DNA of 64,000 bases from Hormiphora californensis (Eukaryota; Animalia; Ctenophora): positions 1,550,001-1,614,000 of the forward strand of contig CM035350.1 in NCBI GenBank assembly GCA_020137815.1, written 5' to 3'. The stretch's first letter is position 1. Every line of letters starts with the position of its first letter. Both the position numbers and the translations under genes were made by a program. Below, in pieces: positions 12,242 to 37,703 of the stretch. The notes under the pieces are model-generated. The model was not told the DNA's origin and ran no database searches. It worked only from the letters and a program-made list of their open reading frames with translations.

Positions 12242-12818
12242 CGGGGCATCAATACAATTTAAAGACTGGGTTGAGATGTTATATTATGTCCGGGGGACAG
12301 AGAGATAATTTAGTAATTTAATGAGGAGCTTGTTGTCGTTCGCAAGTTATCATTCATGTAGATAACTTAAAGAAATAGAGTGTCTATCTTTTAAGTGACT
12401 TGTGTGACATGTGTTTGAATTTTCATTATTTCCAAATAACCCCAGTTTCTCCTAATATGGTCATAGGACACGCAGGGAAGGGCTGCTGACATATCATATG
12501 AATATGAGCTGTCTCACTATCAGCCCCTCCCTGTCAATAATAAACGCATCACATGTTATCAGAAACTTTAATAATAAACCAACACACATACACAATGACA
12601 GGGCTCATTATTTCGTTTCTGATAGGGGTTTTCCGGGTTCATTCTGTAGCCATAAAATCTCAGACTCCCATAGGCAGCAACGTGTCCGGAAATGACACAC
12701 ACACACACGGCCTTAAATCAGGTGTTCACCCCAGTGGTTCAGTACGGGGGGAAGGGGTAAACACTTGATCAGAATATCACAGAGGTCAGGGGACCTCCTA
12801 GAGATAAGAGAGGGCATA

Positions 12819-12905
12819 TATTGGACCTCATATAGAGGGTCTATTGGACCTCATATAGAGCCCGTCTATTAGACCTCATATAGAGAGGCGTCTATTAGAC
12901 CTCAA
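12819..12905. repeat. Short minisatellite, ~4 x 22-26 bp (tattggacctcatatagag..)
   Basis: Directly visible tandem units. Confidence 0.8.
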
Positions 12906-14179
12906 ACACTTGTCATTTTATCTCCCTGACACAAACTTAACGGAACACTTCACCAACTCCTTACTCAACAACCACACATCAACGTGTGACACACGTCCCT
13001 CACATAGTCACACAGTCAATTGTTCTGTCTAATATCGCGGGAATATCGCTGATATCCAGAGAACTTGATCACAACTTCTTCCCTCCCTGACACATCACTT
13101 TAACACACAAAACAGAGATATGAATATGTTCCCTTCCTCTTTTCCTCAACTGGTCCTATCTTGCATTCTGAAACTCCTCTTTTTAACGATACGGAGTACA
13201 GAAGGTGATGGGGAGGTCAAGAAAAAGAAGAGGGAGACTTCTCATTTCACATATCTCAAGTGGGAATTATTCTTATAAAAATAGATAGATACGGGAACAC
13301 GCACACTCACACAGTACCCACATAGTCCCCTGTCCCAGTAGGGGGAGGGAGAACGGATAAAATCCATTCAACACATAATCTCGCTACTACGGGGGGTAAG
13401 AATATGTTCGTGTAGACAATACCTGTCACACACAATTCTAATTAAAAATCAATGCCACCCAAATCCTGCAGCAGTAAGGGGCACACCCTTTAAAGAGAAA
13501 CGGGTTTACTAGCGGGTTATTAGGGTGTGCCCCTTTTTTAATATTTCTATCAAATGATCCTCTATAAACCCCAAACTATATAATAACCTCTGGGTCTCAC
13601 TGCATGCCGTCATCGCAAAGTTATTGAACACAGAGATAACTAAATTTTGGAACTGAATCGCATGCAGTGAAATCCAGATAATTAACCTATAACAAGTATA
13701 TGAATCACAGTTGTATTACGCGTAGCATCCGTTTTATCATGTTTTTATCGTTTCATCTTTTTTACCACAATTGCATCTCTTGAACAGTGTCTTTATCTCT
13801 TTCTCAATATCTCTCTCTCAGCTTCCTCATCTCTTATTCTCAACTTCCTCTTTCCCTCTCCTTCTATCCTCGGGATTCCTTGTTAAACCAAAAAATCGAA
13901 TCGAAATATAGTATCAAAATATACAAAGAGTTGTCGCGCATTGAATTCAATGCAGAAGGGGCAATTAAAATAATTTCTAACCAACACCAAACTACAACAA
14001 TAAGGCCGGGTGCTCTCATTCTAAAGTCTAAACCACCCAATTAATTACTCTTGGTATATACCTCAGCAACACTCAATTACGACGACATATTCACCGTGCG
14101 ATTTTCCATTTTATCATTTTTTTCTTCCTTTTACTTTTAACCTTTTTTTATTATTATTTTCTACAGTCAGTGATCATGA

Positions 14180-18919
<4,740 letters not shown>

Positions 18920-19539
18920 CTCAAGGACTTGCTCTAGACGAGTTAACACATCAATATAGACGCATATTAAATCTAAAATAGATTCAACAACACGCCCCTT
19001 TTGATGGGCATTAATTATCAATGGATGCTCAAATGTTCATCTAAGGCAATGGCTGAACAACCGCTAGCGTTCACAGTGAATTGGGCAATATTTCGTTGGA
19101 TTAATTTAGGATTTAATTCTATCGGAGGAGAGCCAAATGGAGAAGATAGCAGGGAACATGGGTAAGGAGACTGGAGAACTGAGAACTGAGAAGGTTGGCT
19201 GGCTTCAGGTCAGTTCAGTTCAGTTCAAGAATTTGTGAAACACAGGATATTTAAACTTGGCATATGATACTGCAGGCTCGATTTTATGCAAAAAGGGCAA
19301 ATGGGACAGGTGAATATTGGCATATGCTACCGTCAATGAGAGATAACACAGCTCTTTTCAAGATTATCTTTTTTGAAACTTCCAACACCGATTTGCATCA
19401 CTTTCAGCAGCCGAAGAGAAAGTGAGGAAGCGATAAAGTAAGAACACGTATAAAGGGAGCTTGGCCAACGGCCTAGGCTGCCATCAACTGTCAAAAACGT
19501 GTGGACTGGAAGACTGCAGCCAAAAACCAAACGCGAAAC

Positions 19540-20572
19540 TAAGAGAAGAAGAAAAACCTGAAAACCTGAACCAATGCAAAACGCGCGCATCACAAATTTT
19601 AAAAAGCTGTTTAAACATCATAATTTTAGCGCGTTACGTTGAATGCACTGAAGATATCTGATTGGATTTCGTGAAAGGAAATTTCCCGAAATTTCTTTTT
19701 TTTGGCCAACTTTCAAAAAACGAGTTGCAAGTCCTTTTTTAAACCGTTTATCCCGTTTTTTACATTCCGGATTCCCAATCAAATAGCTTATCTCCGGTTT
19801 TATAACTCAGGAAGCATTGATATTGCAGAAACAATATTTGGAAACAAAAAGCCCGGGAAAATTTCAGACCCTCACTTGGGTTCTGTGAAGTTTCCCAATT
19901 CCCACGATCACAGCTCCGGAGTCCACCCCTGATGAGAGATAACGGGGCTGCAGCGTGGGCTAAGGGCATGGGGATTCATATCTCAGACTTCAGATAATCT
20001 TCCCTACTGGATAGATTTCCATTTTCCAACCCCCTCATGCGTGCATCCCCCGTAACGAGGGGACTGGAGGGAATGCTGCGCACACGCGTTTGGTCCGAGT
20101 CGAAAATAACTTTGCGGTCGAAAAAACGGCGGTGCTTATAACTTTGGCCCCTGAAGTCTGTTTGACTTGATTGATGATTCTTTCACCAGTTGTTAGATCT
20201 GACAATTATCTACCTTGCTGTTTTTGAGAGAAGTAGATTGGACTTATGGAGGCTGAGCAATAGCCGTTTAAAGATGGGTTGTTTTCAAAAAGTGACGTCA
20301 CAGGTTCCTGCAGGGATACCTTTTTTCAAATTTTAATTCAAATTTCGATTTTACCGCACTCGATTTTGCGGAGTTTGGTTCATATCTCCTGTTCATGATA
20401 AGATAGAGACTTAAAACCGGTTGCAATTGAAAGATCTTATCTTTCTCTTTCCAACGCTACCAAAACGATTTCTGTGCCTTATCAGGAACCGGAGATATGA
20501 TTGATTAAGTATTCCCCCTAGCGTGGTATTCCCTCCAGGCCCCTTATAAGGGGCCTGCAGCGTATGCCAATC
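19540..20572. mobile_element. Inverted copy of the repeat at 5877/6940, plus related flanking repeat sequence
   Basis: 20050-20570 is the reverse complement of ~5870-6400 (e.g. ttgcggtcgaaaaaacggcggtgcttataactttgg) and ends in the palindrome caggccccttataaggggcctg. The left boundary is approximate. Confidence 0.8.
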
Positions 20573-20647
20573 CAAAACCTATCCAACACAACCGGGATGA
20601 AACTGTCTGTAAACTTAAACAATGCACTTCTTTTAGCAGGAATCATC

Positions 20648-24941
<4,294 letters not shown>

Positions 24942-26608
24942 GGGAAAGAGAGCTGCTGGGAGTATGTATTTTTTGATGAGAAGTGTATACAATTTTAGAT
25001 GATTTTATTTCTGAAGAATAATTGAATGGACCGCTGACCAATCAGATTGTGTGTGACGTTGTGTATGGAATTTCTTTTTTACCCCTCCACAAATCCATTG
25101 TTATTTGCTTACAACAACTTCCCCCAACAAGTGAAGATTATACATCATCTGATGTCAATGGCAGGTTGTTTATTCTGTACTGTATGGAACGCGCCGAGTC
25201 ATTACCATTATGCTAAGTACGACTTTTCAGCGCAGCGCAGAACACTCCACAGTCGGCATCTGAAGCACGTTGTGCGCGGCGCTGACAAGTGATGCTTGAT
25301 CACATCTCGGACATGATAGAGCTGTATTGCATCTGTCATGCATATCTCACAAGCTCTAATGGTTCAGAAGTTACTACTACTGTTTGCAAGGCACCATGCA
25401 CTACTACCGTGTCGCGCTTCCCTCTTTTATCTTCCTCTCTCTGTTGCATATCAAAACGTAACTTATATGCGTGTCTTTCATATCACTTTCAGTCTACGCA
25501 TTTCTCTCTCCCCCTGTGTCTTCTATTTTGTTTCCACAATACACCTTTTGTGTGGCCCCTCTACTGCTTCCCCATAGTGTTACACTTACTGCTGCACTGA
25601 AGAGTGTTTTACTGCATGAATTGTGCACATGAGTGTATGTGTCGGCATTACATTTATTCCTTTGATAAGAAAAATAAAACTGGAAAGCATCAATGTTCCA
25701 AGTTCATGCTCTATTGCTCATCTCTCTCTTCCTCTCTTTGCTTGTGCGTTGAGACCGGAGCACTCGCGAATGCACGCTAAAATTGAATATGTGACTAGTC
25801 GCGAGAGAGGGAGAGAGATATATAGATATAGATAGTGAGAGAAAGAGAGGCAGAGGGAGGGATAGAGAGAGACATTTTCAAACCTATCCACTCCCTATAT
25901 TGTACTCTAGATATCGGATTTGTAAGTGCATCTGAGCATCTCCCATTCTCTCCCACTCCGTATCTCATCACCATTCCTATCTCTTTCTCTCTCTCGCTCT
26001 CAATCTTTCCCATTCTTAACGACACATTGCGGTTGAATGAAACCTATCGGATACAACTAAATGAATAGGCTTTTAAACCTACTTTTTATAGTGTCTCTCG
26101 CACGTGCAGCATCCGTGACAGAAAGTCCATTTTGCTCTTTCAATTATCCAACCGTGTGGCCGTCCCTCTGGGATGCACTTTCCCGACATGAAGTCTTCCT
26201 ACTGACTCATTTGTTAAATAATTAGATTAGGATATCTCATTAAGGTGCTTTATTAACAGATAACAATAGACAGTGCACGCTTGAGGTGCCTAATAGGCAC
26301 CTCAAGAAATGCATGACATCGAAGGGTTGCTGAGATCGATTTAGTAACAGCTCTGAGAGAAAGTCGACTATCATTTGAATCTAAATTTAAGATGTTTCCC
26401 TCCTTCGCCAAAATAGTAGTGCACCTTGCCCCTCATCTCTGATATTTTGATTGAATTGCTAGCTTCAAAGTAGTTTCTATTAATAGTACCAACTACCGGC
26501 GTTCATTACCCACCTTGTGATATCTTACTATCTTCTGCCCCCACTGATTGGTAATATTTCATTATATCATCCTCGCCCCCAGTGGTAACATCTTCTCCTA
26601 CAGTGGTA

Positions 26609-29600
26609 ATGTTTATAAAGGTACTGTATGGAGATAATAAGGAGGCAATATTCAATCCTCAGTGCCGAACACTCCTTCTTTTGGAACACATAAAGGAGCA
26701 TGTTGGATATCAACCTAACAGTACGTACCCCAGTAATATCATTTATTTGTTCGGTTTTGGCAGTAAGGGGAGCGCCCCACGGTTGCGAGGTGCCCAAAGT
26801 TCGGTTCTGTACAAACTAAAACTACCAGCTCGATCACCCCATCCTCCCGTGCTCCCTTACACAACAATGACCTCCCGCAATGTTCTCCTATAAAATACCT
26901 CCCCTTCTCAGTTGACATTGATCTATCTGATGAGAATGGTTTCATAGTTCACCTTCTCAAATCACCGCCCCTACAATTCGCATCGGAGTTCCTGGAATCT
27001 AGGAGGACATTTATACTTGTCAAAGTTTCTAGTAAGTGTAACTAAAGAGGAAATTAACAGGGTGTGAACTGCATGTCGTGTTTGCTAGTCGCGAGCGCGC
27101 TTGCGAGACAAGCAAACACGTCAAGGTTCATTAACAAGCATGCTGCTCAGTCATTTTAGATTTAATACACAATGTAAGGATACCATGTAATAGGTGAGAC
27201 TCTTGCCGTCACCCTCGTTCAAGTCCCGTGAAAAACGGAGCAGTACACGCAAACTGATGCCCATTTTCCTCGCGTGACCCCGATTCAGCAGTTTGAGACA
27301 CCAACTCTTTAGGGGGCCATATCTCAGGAACCAGACAAGATAGGAAAAATCGCCGTCTAATGAGGCGTACAGTTTTTAATCTAGTTTACCACTGTACCGG
27401 CCGTTTCACTCTCCGACCTAAAACAAAAATCGCAACCCCACAAAACTTCAAAATAATGAAATTCGCATCTCGCATGTCGTGTTGCATGTCGTGTTGCATG
27501 TCGTGTCATGTTATTGACGCGCTCGCGTTCAACTCTCACACAGCAGCTGCAGAACATGGCGGGAAACATCGAGGAGTAGAGAGAGGGTCGGTGCCGAATC
27601 AAATATTTCTTGATCTTGATCTACTCCATCTCTCAGCTATCCTACCCCTCATCAACTCGATCTCTCAGCTACCCTACCCCTCATCTACTCCATCTTTCAG
27701 CTACCCTACCCCTTATCTATTTAGTCCATCTCTCAGCTACCCTACTCCTCATCTACTCCATCTCTCAGCTTCCCTATTAGATGGAAACGATTAGGGGTAG
27801 GGAATCCCTATCCATAATCGTTTCCATCTCTATGCTTCCCTAGCCCTCATCAACTCCATCTTTCAGCTACCCTACCCCTAATCTAGTCCATCTCTCCGCT
27901 ACCCTACTCCTCATCTACTCCATCTCTCAGCTACCCTACCTCCCATTTACTCCATCTCTCAGCTACCCTACCTCCCATTTACTCCATCTCTCAGCTTCCC
28001 TACCTCCCATTTACTCCATCTCTCAGCTTACCTACCTCCCATTTACTCCATATCTCAGCTTCCCTACCTGCCATTTACTCCATCTTTCAGATACCCTACC
28101 TCCCATTTACTCCATCTCTCAGCTTCCCTACCTCCCATTTACTCCATCTGTCAGCTTCCCTACCTCCCATTTACTCCATCTCTCAGCTACCCAACCTCCC
28201 ATTCACTCCATCTATCAGCTACCCTACCTCCCATTTACTCCATCTCTCAGCTTCCCTACCTCCCATTTACTCCATCTTTCAGATACCCTACCTCCCATTT
28301 ACTCCATCTCTCAGCTTACCTACCTCCCATTTACTCCATCTCTCAGCTTCCCTACCTCCCATTTACTCCATCTCTCAGCTTCCCTACCTCCCATTTACTC
28401 CATCTCTCAGCTACCCAACCTCCCATTCACTCCATCTATCAGCTACCCTACCTCCCATTTACTCCATCTCTCAGCTTCCCTACCTCCCATTTACTCCATC
28501 TCTCAGCTTCCCTACCTCCCATTTACTCCATCTCTCAGCTTACCTACCTCCCATTTACTCCATCTCTCAGCTTCCCTACCTCCCATTTACTCCATCTCTC
28601 AGCTTCCCTACCTCCCATTTACTCCATCTCTCAGCTACCCTACCTCCCATTCACTCCATCTATCAGCTACCCTACCTCCCATTTACTCCATCTCTCAGCT
28701 TCCCTACCTCCCATTTACTCCATCCCTCAGCTTCCCTACCTCCCATTTACTCCATCCCTGCCTCCCATTTACTCCATCTCTCAGCTACCCTACCTCCCAT
28801 TCACTCCATCTCTCAGCTACCCTACCACCCATTTACTCCATCTCTCAGCTTCCCTACCTCCCATTTACTCCATCTCTCAGCTTCCCTACCTCCCATTTAC
28901 TCCTTCTCTCAGCTTCCCTACCTCCCATTTACTCCATCTCTCAGCTACCCTACCTCCCATTTACTCCATCGCTTACCTTCCCTACCTCCCATTTACTCCA
29001 TCTCTCAGCTTCCCTACCTCTCATTTATCCTAACATTCCTACCCCTGAGAGATGGAGTCAATGGGAGGTAGGGAAGCTGAGAGATGGAGTAAATGGGAGG
29101 TAGGGAAGCTGAGAGATGGAGTAAATGGGAGGTAGGAAAGCTGAGAGATGGAGTAAATGGGTGGTAGGGTAGCTGAGAGATGGAGTGAATGGGAGGTAGG
29201 GTAGCTGAGAGATGGAGTAAATGGGAGGCAGGGAAGCTGAGAGATGGAGTAAATGGAAGGTAAGGTAGCTGAGAGATGGAGTAAATGGGAGGTAGGGAAG
29301 CTGAGAGATGGAGTAAATGGGAGGTAGGGTAGCTGAGAGATGGAGTAAATGGGAGGTAGGGAAGCTGAGAGATGGATCAAATGGGAGGTAGGGTAGCTGA
29401 GGGATGGAGTAAATGGGAGGTAGGGAAGCTGAGAGATGGAGTAAATGGGAGGTAGGTAAGCTGAGAGATGGAGTAAATGGGAGGTAGGGTATCTGAGAGA
29501 TGGAGTAAATTGCAGGTAGGGAAGCTGAGATATGGAGTAAATGGGAGGTAGGAAAGCTGAGAGATGGAGTAAATGGGTGGTAGGGTAGCTGAGAGATGGA

Positions 29601-31350
29601 GTAAATGGGAGGTAGGGAAGCTGAGGGATGGAGTAAATGGGAGGTAGGGAAGCTGAGAGATGGAGTAAATGGGAGGTATGTAAGCTGAGAGATGGAGTAA
29701 ATAGGAGGTAGGGTAGCTGAGAGATGGAGTAAATGGGAGGTAGGGTAGCTGAGAGATGGAGTAAATGGGAGGTAGGGAAGCTGAGAGATGGAGTAAATGG
29801 GAGGTAGGGTAGCTGAGAGATGGAGTAAATGGGAGGAAGGGAAGCTGAGAGATGGAGTAAATGGAAGGTAAGGTAGCTGAGAGATGGAGTAAATGGGAGG
29901 TAGGGAAGCTGAGAGATGGAGTAAATGGGAGGTAGGGTAGCTGAGAGATGGAGTAAATGGGAGGTAGGGAAGCTGAGAGATGGAGTAAATGGGAGGTAGG
30001 GAAGCTGAGAGATGGAGTAAATGGGAGGTAGGTAAGCTGAGAGATGGAGTAAATGGGAGGTAGGGTATCTGAAAGATGGAGTAAATGGCAGGTAGGGAAG
30101 CTGAGATATGGAGTAAATGGGAGGTAGGTAAGCTGAGAGATGGAGTAAATGGGAGGTAGCGAAGCTGAGAGATGGAGTAAATGGGAGGTAGGGAAGCTGA
30201 GAGATGGAGTAAATGGGAGGTAGGGTAGCTGATAGATGGAGTGAATGGGAGGTTGGGTAGCTGAGAGATGGAGTAAATGGGAGGTAGGGAAGCTGAGAGA
30301 TGGAGTAAATGGGAGGTAGGGAAGCTGAGAGATGGACTAGATAAGGGGTAGGGTAGCTGAAAGATGGAGTAGATGAGGGGTAGGGTAGTTGAAAGATGGA
30401 GTAGATGAGGGGTAGGGTAGCTGAGAGATCGAGTTGATGATGGGTACGTAGGATAGCTGAGAGATGGAGTAGATCAAGATCAAGAAATATTTGATTCGGC
30501 ACCGACCCTCTCTCTACTCCTCGATGTTTCCCGCCATGTTCTGCAGCTGCTGTGTGAGAGTTGAACGCGAGCGCGTCAATAACATGACACGACATGCAAC
30601 ACGACATGCAACACGACATGCGAGATGCGAATTTCATTATTTTGAAGTTTTGTGGGGTTGCGATTTTTGTTTTAGGTCGGAGAGTGAAACGGCCGGTACA
30701 GTGGTAAACTAGATTAAAAACTGTACGCCTCATTAGACGGCGATTTTTCCTATCTTGTCTGGTTCCTGAGATATGGCCCCCTAAAGAGTTGGTGTCTCAA
30801 ACTGCTGAATCGGGGTCACGCGAGGAAAATGGGCATCAGTTTGCGTGTACTGCTCCGTTTTTCACGGGACTTGAACGAGGGTGACGGCAAGAGTCTCACC
30901 TATTACATGGTATCCTTACATTGTGTATTAAATCTAAAATGACTGAGCAGCATGCTTGTTAATGAACCTTGACGTGTTTGCTTGTCTCGCAAGCGCGCTC
31001 GCGACTAGCAAACACGACATGCAGTTCACACCCTGATTAAATGGGTAGTTTGAGGTGTTCTTGGTGTGTTTACAATTCCAACTCCCCTAGAACATGACGA
31101 TGGCAGTGAGTCAGTGGAACCCATGTTAAACAATCTCCGGGCCGATCGACCAAATGCATTTGGTGGGTTCCTAGTAGTATAGCCTTCTCTTCACTACAAC
31201 TTACCAATCTCAATACAAGTGTGTAACCTACTCCTTCCCCCAGCCCGGCTAACGAGTTATGACAGTTATGGAGGGCAACAGACGGAGGTGACAGCGGACA
31301 AACGGGTGGGAAGACAGCGCAGTAAAAAATCGGGGAAACGAGGAAAATAA
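26609..31350 (+). CDS. CXorf65/C22orf15-family small protein (4 exons; intron 2 holds the foldback element)
   Basis: Exon 1 MFIKVLYGDNKEAIFNPQCRTLLLLEHIKE; exon 2 DIDLSDENGFIVHL...ASEFLESRRTFILVKVS (~26911-27031); exon 3 HDDGSESVEPMLNNL (~31091-31161); exon 4 ...KKSGKRGK* (~31244-31350). All boundaries are GT-AG. Confidence 0.75.
27620..29035 (+). repeat. 32-bp minisatellite array, left arm (tcccatttactccatctctcagct[t/a]ccctacc)
   Basis: Roughly 40+ units; the period was counted directly. Confidence 0.95.
29040..30475 (-). repeat. 32-bp minisatellite array, right arm (inverted)
   Basis: Reverse complement unit gagagatggagtaaatgggaggtagggaagct. The spurious 564-aa ORF has 32-aa periodicity (3 units). 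Confidence 0.95.
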
Positions 31351-31473
31351 TACATGATTTGGGACACAAAATGGGTTCATGATATGTATAGACACAATTG
31401 AACACACACACACATATACGTATGTGATTTTATCGGATAACGCTGCAGATACAACTCACAGAGTGTAATACAG

Positions 31474-31474
31474 C

Positions 31475-31507
<33 letters not shown>

Positions 31508-31573
31508 CATCTCTCCGTCTCTCCGTTCTCCCCTCTCTCTCTCTCTTCTCCTCTCTCTCTCTCTCTCTCTTCT

Positions 31574-31606
<33 letters not shown>

Positions 31607-32100
31607 ATCTCCTCTCATCCTCCTCTCTCTCTTTACTCTCTCTCTCTCTCCTCTCTCTCTCCTCATCGTCTCTTCCTCTCTCATCTCCTCTCTCTCTCTT
31701 CTCTCGAACTCTCTCTCTCTCGTCTTCTCCATCTCTCTCTCTTCTTGTCTTTCTCTCTCCTCTCGTCTCTCTCTTTCTCTCTCTCCTCCTCTTTGTTTCT
31801 CTCTCCTTTTTTTTTTCCACTCTCTCTTTCGTCTCTCTCTCGTCGTTCTATCTCTCTCCCGCTCGTCGTCGCTCTCCATCTCTGGTCTTCACTCTCCTCG
31901 CGATCTCTCTACTGTCGCATGCTCATTCTTCTCTTCTCTCTCGTCTCATCTCTCACTTTCTCACTCGATCACTTCGTCACAAGCTCATTCTCAGCATCGT
32001 CTCAATTCGCATTGTAGAATTTCCTCTCCTCCTCTCTCTCTCTCTCTCTCTCTACTTCTCATCACATCGCTTCGGCTCACTCCCTTGCTTCCGCTGCTCT
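31474..32100. repeat. Degenerate (CT)n low-complexity tract, probably partly low-quality sequence
   Basis: A CT microsatellite decays into noisy pyrimidine-rich sequence. A similar GA tract lies at ~33836-34430. Confidence 0.75.
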
Positions 32101-33329
32101 ACGTGCGTGCTGCGTGCTCTTTCCTGCTACATTTTACAGCTGTTAATTCTAGTAGTCAGGGTATATATGTATATTTTTTTACCCTACCCAAAGCGACACA
32201 CAATACTCGATCTGCGTTATTTTTATTGTCCGCGTAGTTGGTATAAGCAGTGTTAATTTGCCCCGGTGTGGCCCCGATTTACAATTAATCTCTCCTTGTC
32301 TTACTTTGTTCACGGGGGATTTAGCTCTTCAAGTTTCCCCCTCTGTAGTACACTTAGCCCAGTGTTCTGTGGAAAGAGGATGGCTGTTATGAGGAAAAAA
32401 AGAGATCCTGAATATAAAAACTTGCAGACTGAGTCATGCTATTTTAGTAGCTCTATGATAATAGCATATGACGTATTTTGATGTCACTCGTCTAGACGTT
32501 TCTAGAAGAATAACAAGTCTTTCATTCGAGGTTCCTGGACGTTTAAACCATTGGGGGTTACAAGAACCACCAGTGATTCCAGGAAACATCAGTGATAATT
32601 GTTATACCGCCTACCTGTTTTAAACTGTTGATGGTAACGTAACCAGGAAAGATTATATGTCTTGTGGCACTTTCCACAGAGAATAGTTCGCTCGTTTATG
32701 CAGTCGCTGCCCTCATAAAGTAGCTCAACCTCTGAGAAATGAGAACTCTTAAGGTCACGAGGGAAACCAATTACCTAAGACGGTGCCATATTTCTCAGTC
32801 TCTCTCCGCTCTCCTCTCTCCTAGGACTCTTCTCACTCCTCTCTCTCTCGTCTCTCTCTTCGTCAGTACATCTTCCCTCTCTCGCTCTCTCTCTCCTCCT
32901 CCACTGCTCCTCTCATTCACGGCCGTCACAACTATTGACTGGGGGGGTAGGCGCCAGATCTCAGCGAGTCTGCACGTTCCTTCTCACGCTCATGCCTACT
33001 TTCTCCAACTAGCATCACCCTCTCTCTCCCAGCTACATTTTTACCTCTTAGCTCTTCATCCCATCTCCACGCTCCAACATATTTCATAAGTTCTTAGCTG
33101 AGCCAACTGCGACAGAGAGGAGGTACAAATGTGCGTTACAACGGGAGGTTAAAACAGCGGTTCCTGTACCAATTGGATAAAGTGCAATCTGCACCAAGGA
33201 AAAGAAGTATGTCCGCGCGCATTGGACACACCACTCTTCACCCTCTCGCGCGCTGCGAATATTCAGTCCAGGCTGTAAAATGAAAATAGCTCGCCCGGCA
33301 GCTGCACTGCAGTAACCCAACCGCTGATC

Positions 33330-37070
<3,741 letters not shown>

Positions 37071-37079
37071 CGTGGTAGA

Positions 37080-37368
37080 ATGGGGTGTTTCGAGCTGGGG
37101 AGAGAGTAGTGGATGGGGTATTTCGAGCTGGGGGAGGGAGTAGTAGATGGGGTGTTTCGAGCTTGGGGAGGGAGGGGGTTGTGGAGGGGGTGTTTCGAGC
37201 TGTGGGGAGGGAGGGGGTAGTGGAGGGGTGTTTCGAGCTGTGGGAGGGAGTCGTGGACGGGGTGTTTCGAGCTGGGGGAGGGAGTAGTAGATGGGGTATT
37301 TCGAGATGGGGGAGGGAGTAGTAGATGGGGTGTTTCGAGCTGGGGGAGGGAGGGGGTAGTGGAGGGGA
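37080..37368. repeat. ~32-35-bp G-rich minisatellite (ggggtgtttcgagctgggggagggagtagtagat), ~8 units
   Basis: Directly visible tandem units. Confidence 0.9.
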
Positions 37369-37703
37369 GTATTTATCATGAGTCATGAGATTGTTATATC
37401 ATTTCAGCAGGAACATGATGATGGGGCGGGGAATTTAGGGAAGATAGAGAAATAATGAAAGTCTCAGTGGCCAAGAGGATTGGGTGTGTGCGTGAGATGA
37501 TAAGAGCAGCTGCTGCTTCTTCTCAATCTCTTTGAGTTGTGACGTCACACGACTCGTTCCTTGGATAACAATATGAAACAAATCTGTCTCTCTCTCTCCC
37601 ACCCTCTCTCTCTCTCTCTCTTTCTATCTCTCTCCCTCTCTCTCTTCCTCTCTACCTTCCTTCATCGTTCTTTCTCACTTTCCCAATTTCCCACAGTCAC
37701 CCG

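Larger units (their letters stand above)
27058..31035. mobile_element. ~3.98-kb foldback DNA transposon: ~560-bp TIRs plus inverted 32-bp minisatellite arrays, 5-bp TSD ATTAA
   Basis: Begins CAGGGTGTGAACTGCATGTCG and ends CGACATGCAGTTCACACCCTG. ATTAA at 27053-27057 and 31036-31040. ORF-track entries 27360+ and 30733- have identical N-termini. Confidence 0.93.

Noticed and set aside
26281-26305. Hairpin ttgaggtgcct-aat-aggcacctcaa, and a similar one at ~39615-39661
   Set aside because: Isolated and short, with no supporting context; could be chance or MITE debris.
27620-30475. 32-bp repeats resembling a CRISPR array
   Set aside because: Units are contiguous with no unique spacers, there are no cas genes, and the context is a eukaryotic intron.
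29039-30733. 564-aa ORF (and its 144-aa mirror at 27360)
   Set aside because: It runs through TIR and minisatellite. The C-rich strand of the 32-bp unit lacks stops in all frames, and there are no transposase motifs.
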